Source: Raja brachyura (Eukaryota). Taken from it: DNA of 64,000 bases. The stretch spans positions 12,524,001 to 12,588,000 of the forward strand of contig OY740805.1 of NCBI GenBank assembly GCA_963514005.1, given 5' to 3'. How positions within the stretch are numbered: position 1 is the first letter of the stretch; the number at the start of each line of letters is the position of its first letter. The notes under the pieces were generated by a model. The model had not been told where the DNA came from and made no database searches. It saw only the letters and a program-made list of their open reading frames with translations. The position numbers were made by a program, and so were the translations under genes. This document shows positions 1-13,400 of this stretch, piece after piece.

Positions 1-641
1 AACGACTATCCCCCTCAATGGATAAGCACCTTCACAGAACTGTGAACGACTATCCCCCTCAATAGATACGGATGTTTCAGCTATTTTAATTAAGCTGTGC
101 TGTGAAAGTTAAATACATTGACACATCTATTTATTACCTTCCTAACATTCTATGTTGGCCATTATTTCCATCATGCTTCCCCAGTATGTGAGCTCTAGTG
201 TTAACCATATTGTAACCATCTAGCTTACAATTTCCAAATTTCTGACAACCACTTCTGTAAATCATAAATTGTCCCCAGTATGTGGGATAGTTCAAGTGGA
301 CAGGGTGATTGTTGGTTGGCGCAAACTTTGTGGGGCCTGTTTCTACGCTGTATCTACAAACTCTAAAGCATAGAGTATTGTGATATATTTGATCAAATAG
401 AAATAATCATCTTAGTGGTTTTGAAGCACATGGCCCCAGCTCCTGACCATGTGCATACTTTAAGGAAGCTAGGGAAGAAATTGCAGAGGCCCTTGTTGAG
501 ATATTTTCATCATCATAACCGCCAGTGAAGTTCTGGAGGATTGAAGGGTGGTTAATGCTGTGCCATTATTTAAGATGGTTCACAAGGACACCCCAGGGAA
601 CTGCAGGTTACTTAGCCTGACGGCACTGATGGATGATACTG

Positions 642-1385
642 TTTTTAGCTTAGTTTAGTTTAGTTTAGCTTATTATCACATGTGAAGGTACTGTGAGAAG
701 CTTTTGTTGAATGCTAACCAGTCAGCGGAAAGACAATACATGATTACAATCAAGCCATCCACAGTGTACAGATATGTGATAGAGCAAATAACATGAATAA
801 CATTTAGTGCAAGATAATTCAAGTAAAGTCCAATTAAATAGCATCCAAAGGACTCCAATGAGCTAGATAGTAGGACAGTCTCCGTGTTGGTAAGATGATT
901 CAATTGCCTGATAAAAGCTGGGAGGAAACTGTCCCTGAATCTGGAGGTGAGCTTTTTCACATTTCTGTTTCGCTTGCATGATGGGAGAGGGGAGAAGGGG
1001 AGTGGCTGAGTTGCGACTCGTCCTTCATTATTGCTGATGGCCTTGCTGAGGCAGCGTGAGGTGTACATGAAGTCCATGGAAGGGAGGTTGGTTTGTTGTG
1101 TTGGTCTGGGCTGTGTCTACAATTCTCTGCAATTCCTTGCAGTCTTGGATGGAACTGTTCCCAAACCATGCTGTGATACATCTCCATAAAATGCTTTCGA
1201 CGACGCATCTGTGTAGACATTGGTGAGAGTTGTTGGGGACATGCCAAACTTCCTAAACTTTCTTGAAGAAGTAGAAGTGTTGGTGTGTGTTCTTGGCCAT
1301 TGCTGCAGTATGGGTGGTCCAGGCCAAGTTGCTGGTGATGTTTACTTCTAGGAATGTAATGCTTTTAACCATCTCTACTTCGACC
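642..1385 (-). mobile_element. 5'-truncated degenerate Rex1/Babar-like LINE
   Basis: Minus-strand remnant of the RT C-terminus; (CTAAA)n tail seen as (TTTAG)n at 642-670. Confidence 0.65.
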
Positions 1386-1720
1386 ATGTGCTTATGACGT
1401 TACACACCAGCGTGGCATGCCAGCACCTTTTTAATAAGTTAAACATCATTATTTGGTTTCCTGCTCACCTGGCACATATGTTTATTACCAATATCTTTTG
1501 GTCTACAAAACAAGCTGGTGTTGGGCAAGTTACTGGAGGAGATTCCAAGGGACAGGAACTACCTGCCTTTGGATAGTCAAGGGTGAATAAGGGACTGTTA
1601 GCACAGATTTGTGTGTGTGAAATCATATCTCACAAATCTGTTTGAGTTTGTGAAGAGGTAATCAAAAGTATAACAAAGTTGTCCATATGGTCTTCAGCAA
1701 GGCCTTTGACAAGGTCCCAT

Positions 1721-2730
1721 TTGAGCCCCCTGCTCTACACCATCTACACACATGACTGCACCTCCGCCCATCACAGCAACACCATTGTCAAATTTGCAGA
1801 TGACACTACGGTGGTGGGGCTCATCTCCGGGGGGGACGAGTACGCCTATCGGGATGAGGTGGAGCAGCTGACAGTGTGGTGTGGAGAAAATAACCTGCTC
1901 CTCACCACCTTAAAGACCAAGGAGATAATAATAGACTTCAGGAAGAACAAAACAGAACTGGTACCACTAATCATCAGAGGGGACTGTGTGGAGAGGGTGG
2001 CTGATTCCCGCTTCCTGGGAATCCATATTGAGGAGGACCTGACGTGGAGCGTGAACACCTCTGCGCTGCTGAAAAAGGTTCAGCAGAGACTGCACTTCCT
2101 GAGGGTGCTCAGGAAGAATAACATCACACAGAGACTGCTGCTGTCCTTTTGTCGGTGCTCCATTGAGAGCATCCTAACATACTGTGTATGCGTGTGGTAC
2201 ACCAGCTGCACAGCGGCTCAGAGGAAAGCACTCCAGAGGGCCATTGACAACGCCCAGAGGATTGTCGGCTGCCCTCTCCTTACCTTGGAGGACTTACACA
2301 GTTCCCGCTGCATAAAAAAATCCCAGAATATTATAAAGGACATTTCCCACCCCGGACACTCCCTGTTTGAACTGTTGCCGTCAGGCAGACGGTACAGATC
2401 TACAAGGACACGGACAAACAGGCTTAAAAACAGTTTTTACCCCCACTGCTATAAAGGCACTAAATGTAGCCGCCAAGGAACGCGGGGACTAAGGGACTGT
2501 GGTTGGTACACTGTGAAATCGACAGAAGGATGTAGGGTTGGGTGTTTATGCGTGGCTGTTTTCATATTTCATATTTATTTTAGTTGTTTATCTTTTTTAA
2601 TATTTACCTTGTATGTATCGTTAGCTTTTGTGGTTTGAATGTTGCACTGACTGGCTGACATTTTTAAATTTCGTTGTACATGGTTCATGTTACAATGACA
2701 ATAAAGAAACTATTCTATTCTATTCTATTC
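1721..2730 (+). mobile_element. 5'-truncated Rex1/Babar-like non-LTR retrotransposon (RT C-terminal half)
   Basis: LSPLLYTIYTHDC...KFADDTTVVGLI...KTKEIIIDFRK...LPSGRRYRS..RTNRLKNSFY; AATAAA then a (TTCTA)n tail; possible CATTT target duplication. Confidence 0.9.
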
Positions 2731-5571
2731 ATTTAACTGACTTGGCCGGAAGGTTAGATCACATTGGATCCAGGGAGAGTGAGCTAATTGGTTACATAAT
2801 TGGTTTCCGGGTCGGAAGCAGAGGGTGATGGTGGAAGGTTGATTTGTGGACAGGAGGCCCATGACCAGTGGTGTGCCTCAGGAATTGGTGTTGGGCCCAG
2901 TGGAGTTAGTAATTTATATAAATCATTTAGATGTGAATGTACCACGAGTGGTCAGTAAGTTTGCAGATGACACTAATATGTGGTATCATATTCAGTGAAG
3001 AAAGTTATCAAATATTACAGTGGGATCTTAATCAGTTCGGTACTGGGCTAAGAAATGGCAAATGGTGTTCAATTCATATAAGTGGGAGGTATTGCATTTT
3101 GGAAGTCAGACTAGGGTAGCATTTTCACAGTGAATGGTGGAGTTCTGAGAGTGTTGTGGAACATCGGGTCCATAGAGTACAAGTACATAGTTCCCTGTAA
3201 GTAGTGTCACAGATAGGTAGTGTGGTGAAGAAGGTGCTTGACACGCTTGCCTTCACAGTCAGGACTATGAATACAGGGGATGAGGTGTTACCTTACAGCT
3301 ATTTCCTGCATATACATGCGCCAATCTAAACGCCTCTTGAACACCATTATTGTATCTGCCTCCACAACCACCCCTGGCACCATGTTCCAGGCACCCACCA
3401 TTCTGTTCAATAAAAAAGTTGCACACATCCCCTTTTACCTTAAAGCTATGCCCTCTAGTCTTTGACATTTCCTTCCTGGGAAAAAGCATGTGACTGTCTA
3501 ACTGATCGATGCCTCTCATAATTTTATATACTTCTATCACATCAGTTACTAATGCCCTGGAGAGATCAGTCTAACCTCTCTATATCTAATACCCTCCCAA
3601 ACAGGCAGCATTCTGGTAAACCTCCTGCAAAGCCCCCACATCCTTCCTGTAATGGGGCGACAGGAACTGTACACAATGCTCCAAATGCTCTTAGCAAAAT
3701 ACTTGAAAGTTGCAATATGACTTGCTGATTCTTATACTTCATGCCCAGACCAATAAAGCAATCACACAATCTGTCTGTTTCGTCACGTTAATTACTTGTG
3801 TTATGGACTTGGACCCCAAGATCCCTCAGTACACAGTTAAACAGATAAACCTAATCTCCAGCCACACACACTGCGCAGTCATACAATGTGATGGCTCTGT
3901 TCTAAATCCATTTTGGTTGCCTGAATACTGTTTGTGTACAAACATGTCAGGCTTGAACCAGATTGGCCAGTTTATGGTCAGCCCCCTCTCTCAGAGAGCG
4001 ATACTGTAACCTCCGGACAAGCACTTTTAATATGTGATTAGCCGGTCTGTGGGAGTAACTGCTCCATTCCATGGATCATTATCCGTGTCTATGAGAACTG
4101 ACATCACCACTTCATCTGTAAATGGACCCCACCTGTAAGTCAGCATTGTCCCCAGTTGTGTGGCCTCCAACAGAACACAAACACCAGTGGCGGAGATTCA
4201 GCAGACAGCAGCAGGATGAGAGCCTGTAACCAGTGTTATTGTCATCCCTATCACCAGGGAATTTGCCTCATATCAGTCATGCAGGAGTAATCAATCATGG
4301 GCCTCACCTTTCCTTGGTCATCAGTGCCAGCTCTGGTTTGTTCAGCACATTTCCATTCCTTTAGTTGTCCTCTCCCCTGAATCAGAGTCTGAAAAAGGGT
4401 CGACCCAAAACGTCACCTATTCATTTTCTCCAGAGATGCTGCTTGCCCATCTGCAGTTCCTTTCTATACAGTCATCTATCATTTCCGTTCATGCACCCAC
4501 TGTTCAGGCTCATTTTTTATATTTATCCAATCAGCCCCTGGTCCGTGGGCACAGCTGGAACAGTCAGGGTGGAAAATCAAACCTAATTCTAGAAAGATTC
4601 AAACGGCACCAAAACAGGCCATTCAGCTCAGCTGATGGCCATCAACAGACTTCAGAGATACAGCGCAGAAACAGGCCTTTCGGCCGACCAAGTCCGCAGC
4701 AACCAGCAATACACTAGCGCCATCCTACACACTAGTGACAATTTACAATTTTACTGAAGCCCACTAACCTACAAACCAGTACATCTTTGGAGCGAGGGAG
4801 GAAACCAGAGCCCGCTGATAAAACTCACGCTGTCACAGGGGGAACGTACAATCTCCATATGGACAGCATTCATAGTCAGGATCGAACCCAGGTGTCTGGC
4901 GCTGTAAGGCAGCAACGATACCGCTGTGTTACTGTGATGCCCCCATTTACCAGCACTCGCTCCATCACCTTCTCTGCGTCACTGATTCAAGTGTCTGTCC
5001 AAGTATTTCTCAAATGTAGTGAGAGTCTTGGCCTCCACCACCCCCTCAGGCAGTGCTTTCCAGATTCCAAATACCCTTTGGGGGAGGGAGGGAGGGGGGG
5101 AAGATTGATCCTCAGATCCTATGTGCCCCTGGGCGGAACAGAAGAGATCTTGTAATGAAAGAATCATGTGAAGGTATTTCTCTCAACCTTATGGCGATGC
5201 AGTTGATGCATTAAAAACTGCCCCTTTACCCAAATGCTGTGGCCTCTGGTGTTGGGTACTAGGGTGAAGCTCTCTGGCCCTGACAATGAAGCCAGCCTCT
5301 TTATGAAATGAAGGCTCAGGAGCAAGCCTTGAATCAGTGAGATTCACCCATTGGGTCAAGTCTGACAGACAACCTGGCTAAGACAGGCGTCCTACGGAGG
5401 TCCATTGTGTGATGCAGGATCCAGGCGTCAGTTCTGCTCAGGGACAGGATTGCCCGGTACAGGAATGGGTACGGTGAAAATTCTGCATTTCCCTGTCTGG
5501 TGTCGACATTTTGCCATCATTCAGTTTGGTGCTTTAGACGTGTTCCTTCTTCCCATTAAAACCACGAGGAA

Positions 5572-5644
5572 GCTTTCACTTCCCTGTGACTCCCTCCCCC
5601 GCCCCTAGCTCCAGCTCTGAGCTGAGCTGTCTGCTTTCACTTCC
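5572..5644 (-). promoter_or_regulatory. Candidate enhancer with two PU.1-IRF (EICE) motifs and a GC box; second copy at 14355-14427
   Basis: GCTTTCACTTCC twice (5572-5583, 5633-5644), flanking CTCCCCCGCCCC. Confidence 0.45.
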
Positions 5645-7856
5645 AGGGAAACCAAGATTGTTGATGGGGGAGTTTGCTCTCTGCTCCTGCCCAATATCAG
5701 TGTACTTGGAAGATTCAGATGAGGAAAAACATTTACACCCAGTGAGTTGTGAATCTGTGCAATTCTCTGCCACAGAAAGCAGTGGAGGCCAATTCACTGG
5801 ATGTTTTCAAGAGAGAGTTAGATATAGCTCTTAGGGCTAAAGGAATCAAGAGATATAGGGAAAGAGCAGGAGCAGGGTACTAATTTTAGATGATCAGCCA
5901 TGATCAAATTGAATGCTGGTTCGAAGGGCCGAATGGCCTGCTCCTGCACCTATTTTTCTATCATCCTATCGTGTATGGATGACCACGGGGAAGATCGGCT
6001 GTTGCGGGGAGCTCTTGCTCGGCCAGCTGTGGGTCTGCCGTGCCCAGCTAACACAGCCGTGATGGCAATGCTGATGGAGCAGGTTGTCAGGGAATGAGTC
6101 TGGTGCACTGTGCACCATGCAATGACTGCCAGCAGTGAAACTCTTGGGTGGGAGGACATGGAGGACTCTGCATGGACCCTTGTACAGGAGGGATCCAGGC
6201 GATACTTGACATTCAGTGACTGTGACAGAGCTACAGGCCTCACACACTTCTCCCTGGGACCGCCCATGTCACACTGCATACGTCCCACTGTTCACGTCGG
6301 GTACCTGAGTCGCTGGTGAACCCGGTATCATGCTGGTGTGAAACTGGAGACCAGAACACCACCAACCACAACCCCCACATCTCTCACACTGAACCCTCCA
6401 AACTGGCCGTGCAGCTGAGATCCGAGATCCTCCCGTCACCAAGGGCAACCTCCTGCCTCGGAGGGTCTGCACTTGCCTCCTCTCTGAGTTAAAATCTGAC
6501 GCCCCTGGTCACAGCCTGCACGACGGGCCCTCGGTCAGAGGGATGTGTGAGGGTGGATGTGGGATTGGGAGTGGTGTTTGGGCTGGGTGACAAAGAGCAA
6601 CCTCCTGCCCTGAGGGTCTGCACTTGCCTTGTGGGGAGAGGGATATTGGGAATGAAACATAGAAAATAGATGCAGGAGGCCATTTGGCCCTTCGAGCCTG
6701 CACCGAATGTGTGTGGCTTGTTACTACAATGGGTGGCAGAGTGGTGCAACGGTAGAGCCGCTCTCTCACAGCGCCATCGATGTGGGTTCAACACTGACCT
6801 CGGGTGCTGTTTGCGTGGAGTTTGCATATTCTCCCTGTCACTGCTTTAGTTTCCCCCTACCAGGGTCCTCCAGTTTTCTCCCACATCCCAAGGGAACACC
6901 CAAATGAAACCCAAGCACTCACGGGGAGAACGTGCAAACTCCATACAGACAGCACCTGAGGTCAGAATCAGAACACGTGTATCTGGCACTGAGGCAGCGG
7001 CTCTACCAGCTGTGCCACTGTGCTACCTGGACTACAGAGAGGTTGAGCAGGCCAGGGCTTTATTCCTTTAAGGGCATGAGGCTGAGTGGTGATCTGATAG
7101 AGATGTATAAAATCACAGGCATGGGTATAGGGTAAATGCATTGTTTTATTTTCTCCAGTTTGAGGAATCAAGAATTAGAGGACATTAAGGCGAGAGGGGA
7201 AAGATTGAATAGGAACCTGGTGGGTGTGTGGAACAAACTGCCAGAAGTAGCTGAGGCAGGTACAATACTTCCTCTGGCAGCTTGTGCCATATATTCACCT
7301 GGTTCCATTCTGACATATGGAACCCAATAGGAATACATGTAGAGAAAAGATCATGAGATCATAAGTGATTGGAGCAGAATTAGGCCATTCGGCCCATCAA
7401 GTCTCCTACTCCTGACCCCATTCTCCTGCCTTCTCCCCATAACCTCTGACACCTGTAGTTTTAGGTTAGATTGCAAGATTTACAGGCATATGTGCCAAAC
7501 GTGCAAATGGAACGAACAGTCGGGGCATGTTGGTCGACATGTTGGGCTGAAGGGCCTGTTACTGTGCTGTGGACTACCCCTCATCCCCACACACGCTGCT
7601 TGACCTGCCGTGTGCCCAACATTCCCTGTACATTGCAGTGTCTGCAGTGGTTTGAATCCACAGTGGGGAGTGTGTGCAGGGGCTTGAGTGGGGCGAGGGG
7701 GCAGGAGGATCACTGCGGGTTCCCCTGCCTTCCTGTGGCAAGGCTGTGCGGAGCGAGCGATCGGTCGGGTGGTCCGGTGGAAGTCACTGCTGTTGCAGGA
7801 AAGCCTAATCCTGCAAATAACCCGCTGCCGTTTCAGACTCTCACTGGTCCATTTCA

Positions 7857-7980
7857 GCCAGCAACCGGTGACGCCTGTGTGCTTTCACCTTTCACAGGCT
7901 GTTGCTGGACTGCGGGGCGGAGATACAGCCGGGAGGATCAGCAGGCTGTGGGTTTGTTGACTCCGGTCCAGGGACTTTCC
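7857..7980 (+). promoter_or_regulatory. Candidate CpG-rich enhancer: X1/X2-like box, IRF-like repeat, NF-kB site; second copy at 16640-16763
   Basis: GCCAGCAACCGGTGACG (7857-7873), GCTTTCACCTTTCAC (7881-7895), GGGACTTTCC (7971-7980). Confidence 0.4.
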
Positions 7981-9635
7981 AGTTAGCACTTCCCAACCAG
8001 TACAAAGCGCGTCGCTGCTCGGTCAGACTCAGCTCTGATGCCGTTCCACAAGGTTAACCCTTTACAGTCCAGTGCTTCCCTCTGAATCCAGTCAGAGATT
8101 CCGACTGCAGGGAGTCAGGCCATTCGGCCCATCACGTCCATACTGACCAGTGGTGACAGTTCCTGAAGAAGGGTCTCAACCGGAAACGTCACCCATTCAT
8201 TCTCTCCAGAGATGCTGCCTGTCCCGCTGAGTTACTCCAGCATTTTGTGTCTACCTTACCTATGAATCCCATCTTCCCGCATTTACCACCATCGACTCCC
8301 TGGTGATTCATGTGCTCATCGAGACTTGTTAGATGCTGTCAATGACTCTGTTTCCATCACTCTGTTTTGCTGTGTATTCCAGGTGCCCACCAGTCCTCTT
8401 CTAAATCTCCTCCTCCATAACCTAAATCCATTACAGTACTCCAGTTTTATTCACCTCTGCTATAAGAACAGTGTCCCTCAGTCTCCCCCGATACTCATTG
8501 TATATACCTCAAATACATCCCCTCCCAACCTCCTCCTCTGCAGAGGGAGCAGACACAGCCTCTCCAGATCACTGAACCGCTGCATCCTGGGGAATCTCCT
8601 CTGTACCCTCTCCACTGTAATCACCCCCCCCCCCCCCTCGGATGCGGTGACCAGAACTGCACAAAGTATTCCAGGTCATGTCCGACCATTATTGGAGCAT
8701 AACGCCCTTACACTCTGATCTCAGCCCTCACACGCCCACCCCACCTCACCTGCCTTGCAGAACATGACCTTGCCTACCCGATCCTGCTCTCTGTTCAAGG
8801 TGGGACCCCAACAACCGAGGGTCCCAGAGAGTCCCCAAACTCCATCATCTACAGCGAGTGTCCATGAACACGGCAGGAGGAGGAGCACATTCACTCTCTC
8901 CTGTCCCATCATAGACAGAGGTAGCTGATGGCAGGACAGCATCCCATCGTGGCTTTGTGACCCTCAATGCCCTTGGCTATTGATTGTGCTCACCATGTGT
9001 CATTGGGTTTGTTCAAGAAAGTTTCACCCTGCCATGAACAGTCAAGAGTTAAGAGTGCTTAATATTCAAGTCCCCAAACAGAACAATGACATTTTTACCT
9101 GCAGCAGCACAACAGATTTGTAAACACAGTACTCAGTAAATAATAAATAAACAGAAACACTTACATAAATAAATAAATACATACATACATAAGGGGGAAA
9201 AGGGTAATTAGAGATGCAGTCAGCTCTGTGTGGAGCCGCAGGAGATGGGCAAGGTATTCGCTGAGTATTTCTTCTCTGTATTTACCGTGGAGAAAGACAG
9301 GAGGACGGAGGGACTTAGGGCTGTCAATGGAAGTGGCTTCAAAGCTGTGTCATAAGTTCATATGTATTAGGAGTAGTATTAGGCCACTTGGCCCATCAAG
9401 TGGGCTATTCAATCTTGGCTGATCTATCTCTCCATCCCAACCCCATTCTCATGCCTTCTCCCCATAACCTCTGACACCTGTACTAATCAAGAATGTATCT
9501 ATCTCTCCCTTAAAATTATCCACTGACTTCGCCTCCACAGCCTTCTGTGGCAAAGAATTCTACAGATTCACCACACTCTGATGAAATAAATGTCTCCCCA
9601 TCTCCTTCCTAAAAATACGTCCTTTGTTCATATGA

Positions 9636-10110
9636 CAGTCCTGGGATATCAGGACTGTCTTATGCACAAAGACTGCATAGACTCGGTTTATACTCTCTAG
9701 AATTTAGGAGATTGAGAGGCGATCTTATAGAAACTTACAAAATTCTTAAGGGGTTGGACAGGCTAGATGCAGGAAGATTGTTCCCGATGTTGAGGAGGTC
9801 CAGGACAAGGGGTCACAGCTTAAGGATAAGGGGGAAATCCTTTAGGACCGAGATGAGAAGGACTTTTTTCACACAGAGAGTGGTGGGTCTCTGGAACTCT
9901 CTGCCACAGAGGGTAGTTGAGGCCAGTTCATTGGCTATATTTAAGAGGGCGTTAGATGTGGCCCTTGTGGCTAAGGGGATCAGAGGGTATGGAGAGAAGG
10001 CAGGTACGGGATACTGAGTTGGATGATCAGCCATGATCATATTGAATGGCGGTGCAGGCTCGAAGGGCTGAATGGCCTACTCCTGCATCTAATTTCTATG
10101 TTTCTATGTT
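9636..10110 (+). mobile_element. CR1/HER1-like LINE 3' end (duplicate at 18418-18892)
   Basis: RGDLIETYKILKGLD...TRGHSLRIRG...FFTQRVVGLWNSLP; conserved 3' hairpin and (TTTCTATG)n tail. Confidence 0.9.
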
Positions 10111-10428
10111 TCATTTTGAGTCCCAGACTCTCCCACTAGTGGGACCATTCTCTCCACACCCCCTCTATCCAAGCCTTTCACTATTCTGTATGTTCCAATG
10201 AGGTCCCCCCTCATTCTTCTAAACTCCAGCGAGTACAGGCCCAGTGCCGACAAACACCCATCAAAGATTAACCTACTCATTCCTGGGATCATTCTTGTAA
10301 ACCACCTCTGGACCCTCTTCAATGCCAGCCCATCCTTCCTCAGACATTGTGCCCAAAATTGCTACCATTATTCCAAAAGTGGCCTTATAGATTCTCAACA
10401 TTACATCCCTAGAATACAAGTGGAAGTG

Positions 10429-13400
10429 GTTTGTGAAGAGGTAATCAAAAGTATAACAAAGTTGTCCATATGGTCTTCAGCAAGGCCTTTGACAAGGTCC
10501 CATTTGAGCCCCCTGCTCTACACCATCTACACACATGACTGCACCTCCGCCCATCACAGCAACACCATTGTCAAATTTGCAGATGACACTACGGTGGTGG
10601 GGCTCATCTCCGGGGGGGACGAGTACGCCTATCGGGATGAGGTGGAGCAGCTGACAGTGTGGTGTGGAGAAAATAACCTGCTCCTCACCACCTTAAAGAC
10701 CAAGGAGATAATAATAGACTTCAGGAAGAACAAAACAGAACTGGTACCACTAATCATCAGAGGGGACTGTGTGGAGAGGGTGGCTGATTCCCGCTTCCTG
10801 GGAATCCATATTGAGGAGGACCTGACGTGGAGCGTGAACACCTCTGCGCTGCTGAAAAAGGTTCAGCAGAGACTGCACTTCCTGAGGGTGCTCAGGAAGA
10901 ATAACATCACACAGAGACTGCTGCTGTCCTTTTGTCGGTGCTCCATTGAGAGCATCCTAACATACTGTGTATGCGTGTGGTACACCAGCTGCACAGCGGC
11001 TCAGAGGAAAGCACTCCAGAGGGCCATTGACAACGCCCAGAGGATTGTCGGCTGCCCTCTCCTTACCTTGGAGGACTTACACAGTTCCCGCTGCATAAAA
11101 AAATCCCAGAATATTATAAAGGACATTTCCCACCCCGGACACTCCCTGTTTGAACTGTTGCCGTCAGGCAGACGGTACAGATCTACAAGGACACGGACAA
11201 ACAGGCTTAAAAACAGTTTTTACCCCCACTGCTATAAAGGCACTAAATGTAGCCGCCAAGGAACGCGGGGACTAAGGGACTGTGGTTGGTACACTGTGAA
11301 ATCGACAGAAGGATGTAGGGTTGGGTGTTTATGCGTGGCTGTTTTCATATTTCATATTTATTTTAGTTGTTTATCTTTTTTAATATTTACCTTGTATGTA
11401 TCGTTAGCTTTTGTGGTTTGAATGTTGCACTGACTGGCTGACATTTTTAAATTTCGTTGTACATGGTTCATGTTACAATGACAATAAAGAAACTATTCTA
11501 TTCTATTCTATTCATTTAACTGACTTGGCCGGAAGGTTAGATCACATTGGATCCAGGGAGAGTGAGCTAATTGGTTACATAATTGGTTTCCGGGTCGGAA
11601 GCAGAGGGTGATGGTGGAAGGTTGATTTGTGGACAGGAGGCCCATGACCAGTGGTGTGCCTCAGGAATTGGTGTTGGGCCCAGTGGAGTTAGTAATTTAT
11701 ATAAATCATTTAGATGTGAATGTACCACGAGTGGTCAGTAAGTTTGCAGATGACACTAATATGTGGTATCATATTCAGTGAAGAAAGTTATCAAATATTA
11801 CAGTGGGATCTTAATCAGTTCGGTACTGGGCTAAGAAATGGCAAATGGTGTTCAATTCATATAAGTGGGAGGTATTGCATTTTGGAAGTCAGACTAGGGT
11901 AGCATTTTCACAGTGAATGGTGGAGTTCTGAGAGTGTTGTGGAACATCGGGTCCATAGAGTACAAGTACATAGTTCCCTGTAAGTAGTGTCACAGATAGG
12001 TAGTGTGGTGAAGAAGGTGCTTGACACGCTTGCCTTCACAGTCAGGACTATGAATACAGGGGATGAGGTGTTACCTTACAGCTATTTCCTGCATATACAT
12101 GCGCCAATCTAAACGCCTCTTGAACACCATTATTGTATCTGCCTCCACAACCACCCCTGGCACCATGTTCCAGGCACCCACCATTCTGTTCAATAAAAAA
12201 GTTGCACACATCCCCTTTTACCTTAAAGCTATGCCCTCTAGTCTTTGACATTTCCTTCCTGGGAAAAAGCATGTGACTGTCTAACTGATCGATGCCTCTC
12301 ATAATTTTATATACTTCTATCACATCAGTTACTAATGCCCTGGAGAGATCAGTCTAACCTCTCTATATCTAATACCCTCCCAAACAGGCAGCATTCTGGT
12401 AAACCTCCTGCAAAGCCCCCACATCCTTCCTGTAATGGGGCGACAGGAACTGTACACAATGCTCCAAATGCTCTTAGCAAAATACTTGAAAGTTGCAATA
12501 TGACTTGCTGATTCTTATACTTCATGCCCAGACCAATAAAGCAATCACACAATCTGTCTGTTTCGTCACGTTAATTACTTGTGTTATGGACTTGGACCCC
12601 AAGATCCCTCAGTACACAGTTAAACAGATAAACCTAATCTCCAGCCACACACACTGCGCAGTCATACAATGTGATGGCTCTGTTCTAAATCCATTTTGGT
12701 TGCCTGAATACTGTTTGTGTACAAACATGTCAGGCTTGAACCAGATTGGCCAGTTTATGGTCAGCCCCCTCTCTCAGAGAGCGATACTGTAACCTCCGGA
12801 CAAGCACTTTTAATATGTGATTAGCCGGTCTGTGGGAGTAACTGCTCCATTCCATGGATCATTATCCGTGTCTATGAGAACTGACATCACCACTTCATCT
12901 GTAAATGGACCCCACCTGTAAGTCAGCATTGTCCCCAGTTGTGTGGCCTCCAACAGAACACAAACACCAGTGGCGGAGATTCAGCAGACAGCAGCAGGAT
13001 GAGAGCCTGTAACCAGTGTTATTGTCATCCCTATCACCAGGGAATTTGCCTCATATCAGTCATGCAGGAGTAATCAATCATGGGCCTCACCTTTCCTTGG
13101 TCATCAGTGCCAGCTCTGGTTTGTTCAGCACATTTCCATTCCTTTAGTTGTCCTCTCCCCTGAATCAGAGTCTGAAAAAGGGTCGACCCAAAACGTCACC
13201 TATTCATTTTCTCCAGAGATGCTGCTTGCCCATCTGCAGTTCCTTTCTATACAGTCATCTATCATTTCCGTTCATGCACCCACTGTTCAGGCTCATTTTT
13301 TATATTTATCCAATCAGCCCCTGGTCCGTGGGCACAGCTGGAACAGTCAGGGTGGAAAATCAAACCTAATTCTAGAAAGATTCAAACGGCACCAAAACAG

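Larger units (their letters stand above)
430..3300 (+). mobile_element. Old CR1-clade LINE ORF2 remnant, split by two Rex1-like insertions
   Basis: Degenerate CR1 RT motifs in order: VLED.RVVN.VPLFK (~530), FSKAFDKVP (~1693-1719), GVPQ..VLGP and KFADDT (~2870-2975). Confidence 0.75.
1646..10425 (+). repeat. Tandem segmental duplication, copy 1 (~8.78 kb)
   Basis: Sequence and ORF track repeat at offset 8783 (8782 after a 1-nt poly-C difference). Confidence 0.97.

Noticed and set aside
3920-3968. CAGATTGG Y-like box with an upstream X-like sequence
   Set aside because: Poor X match and wrong spacing (~25 bp).
5966-6310. Minus-strand EQWDVCSVTW, faintly like a thrombospondin type-1 WxxCSVTCG motif
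   Set aside because: Needs frameshifts, has stops, and no supporting exons; would need a tBLASTn/HMM hit.
8761-8920. Exon-like segment (ttgcAG...GTagct) with YxxL-like motifs
   Set aside because: No recognisable domain or partner exons; motif too short to be significant.
10198-11421. 407-aa RT-containing ORF
   Set aside because: Chance fusion across the duplication junction of antisense CR1, a CR1 remnant and a truncated Rex1 RT; not a gene.
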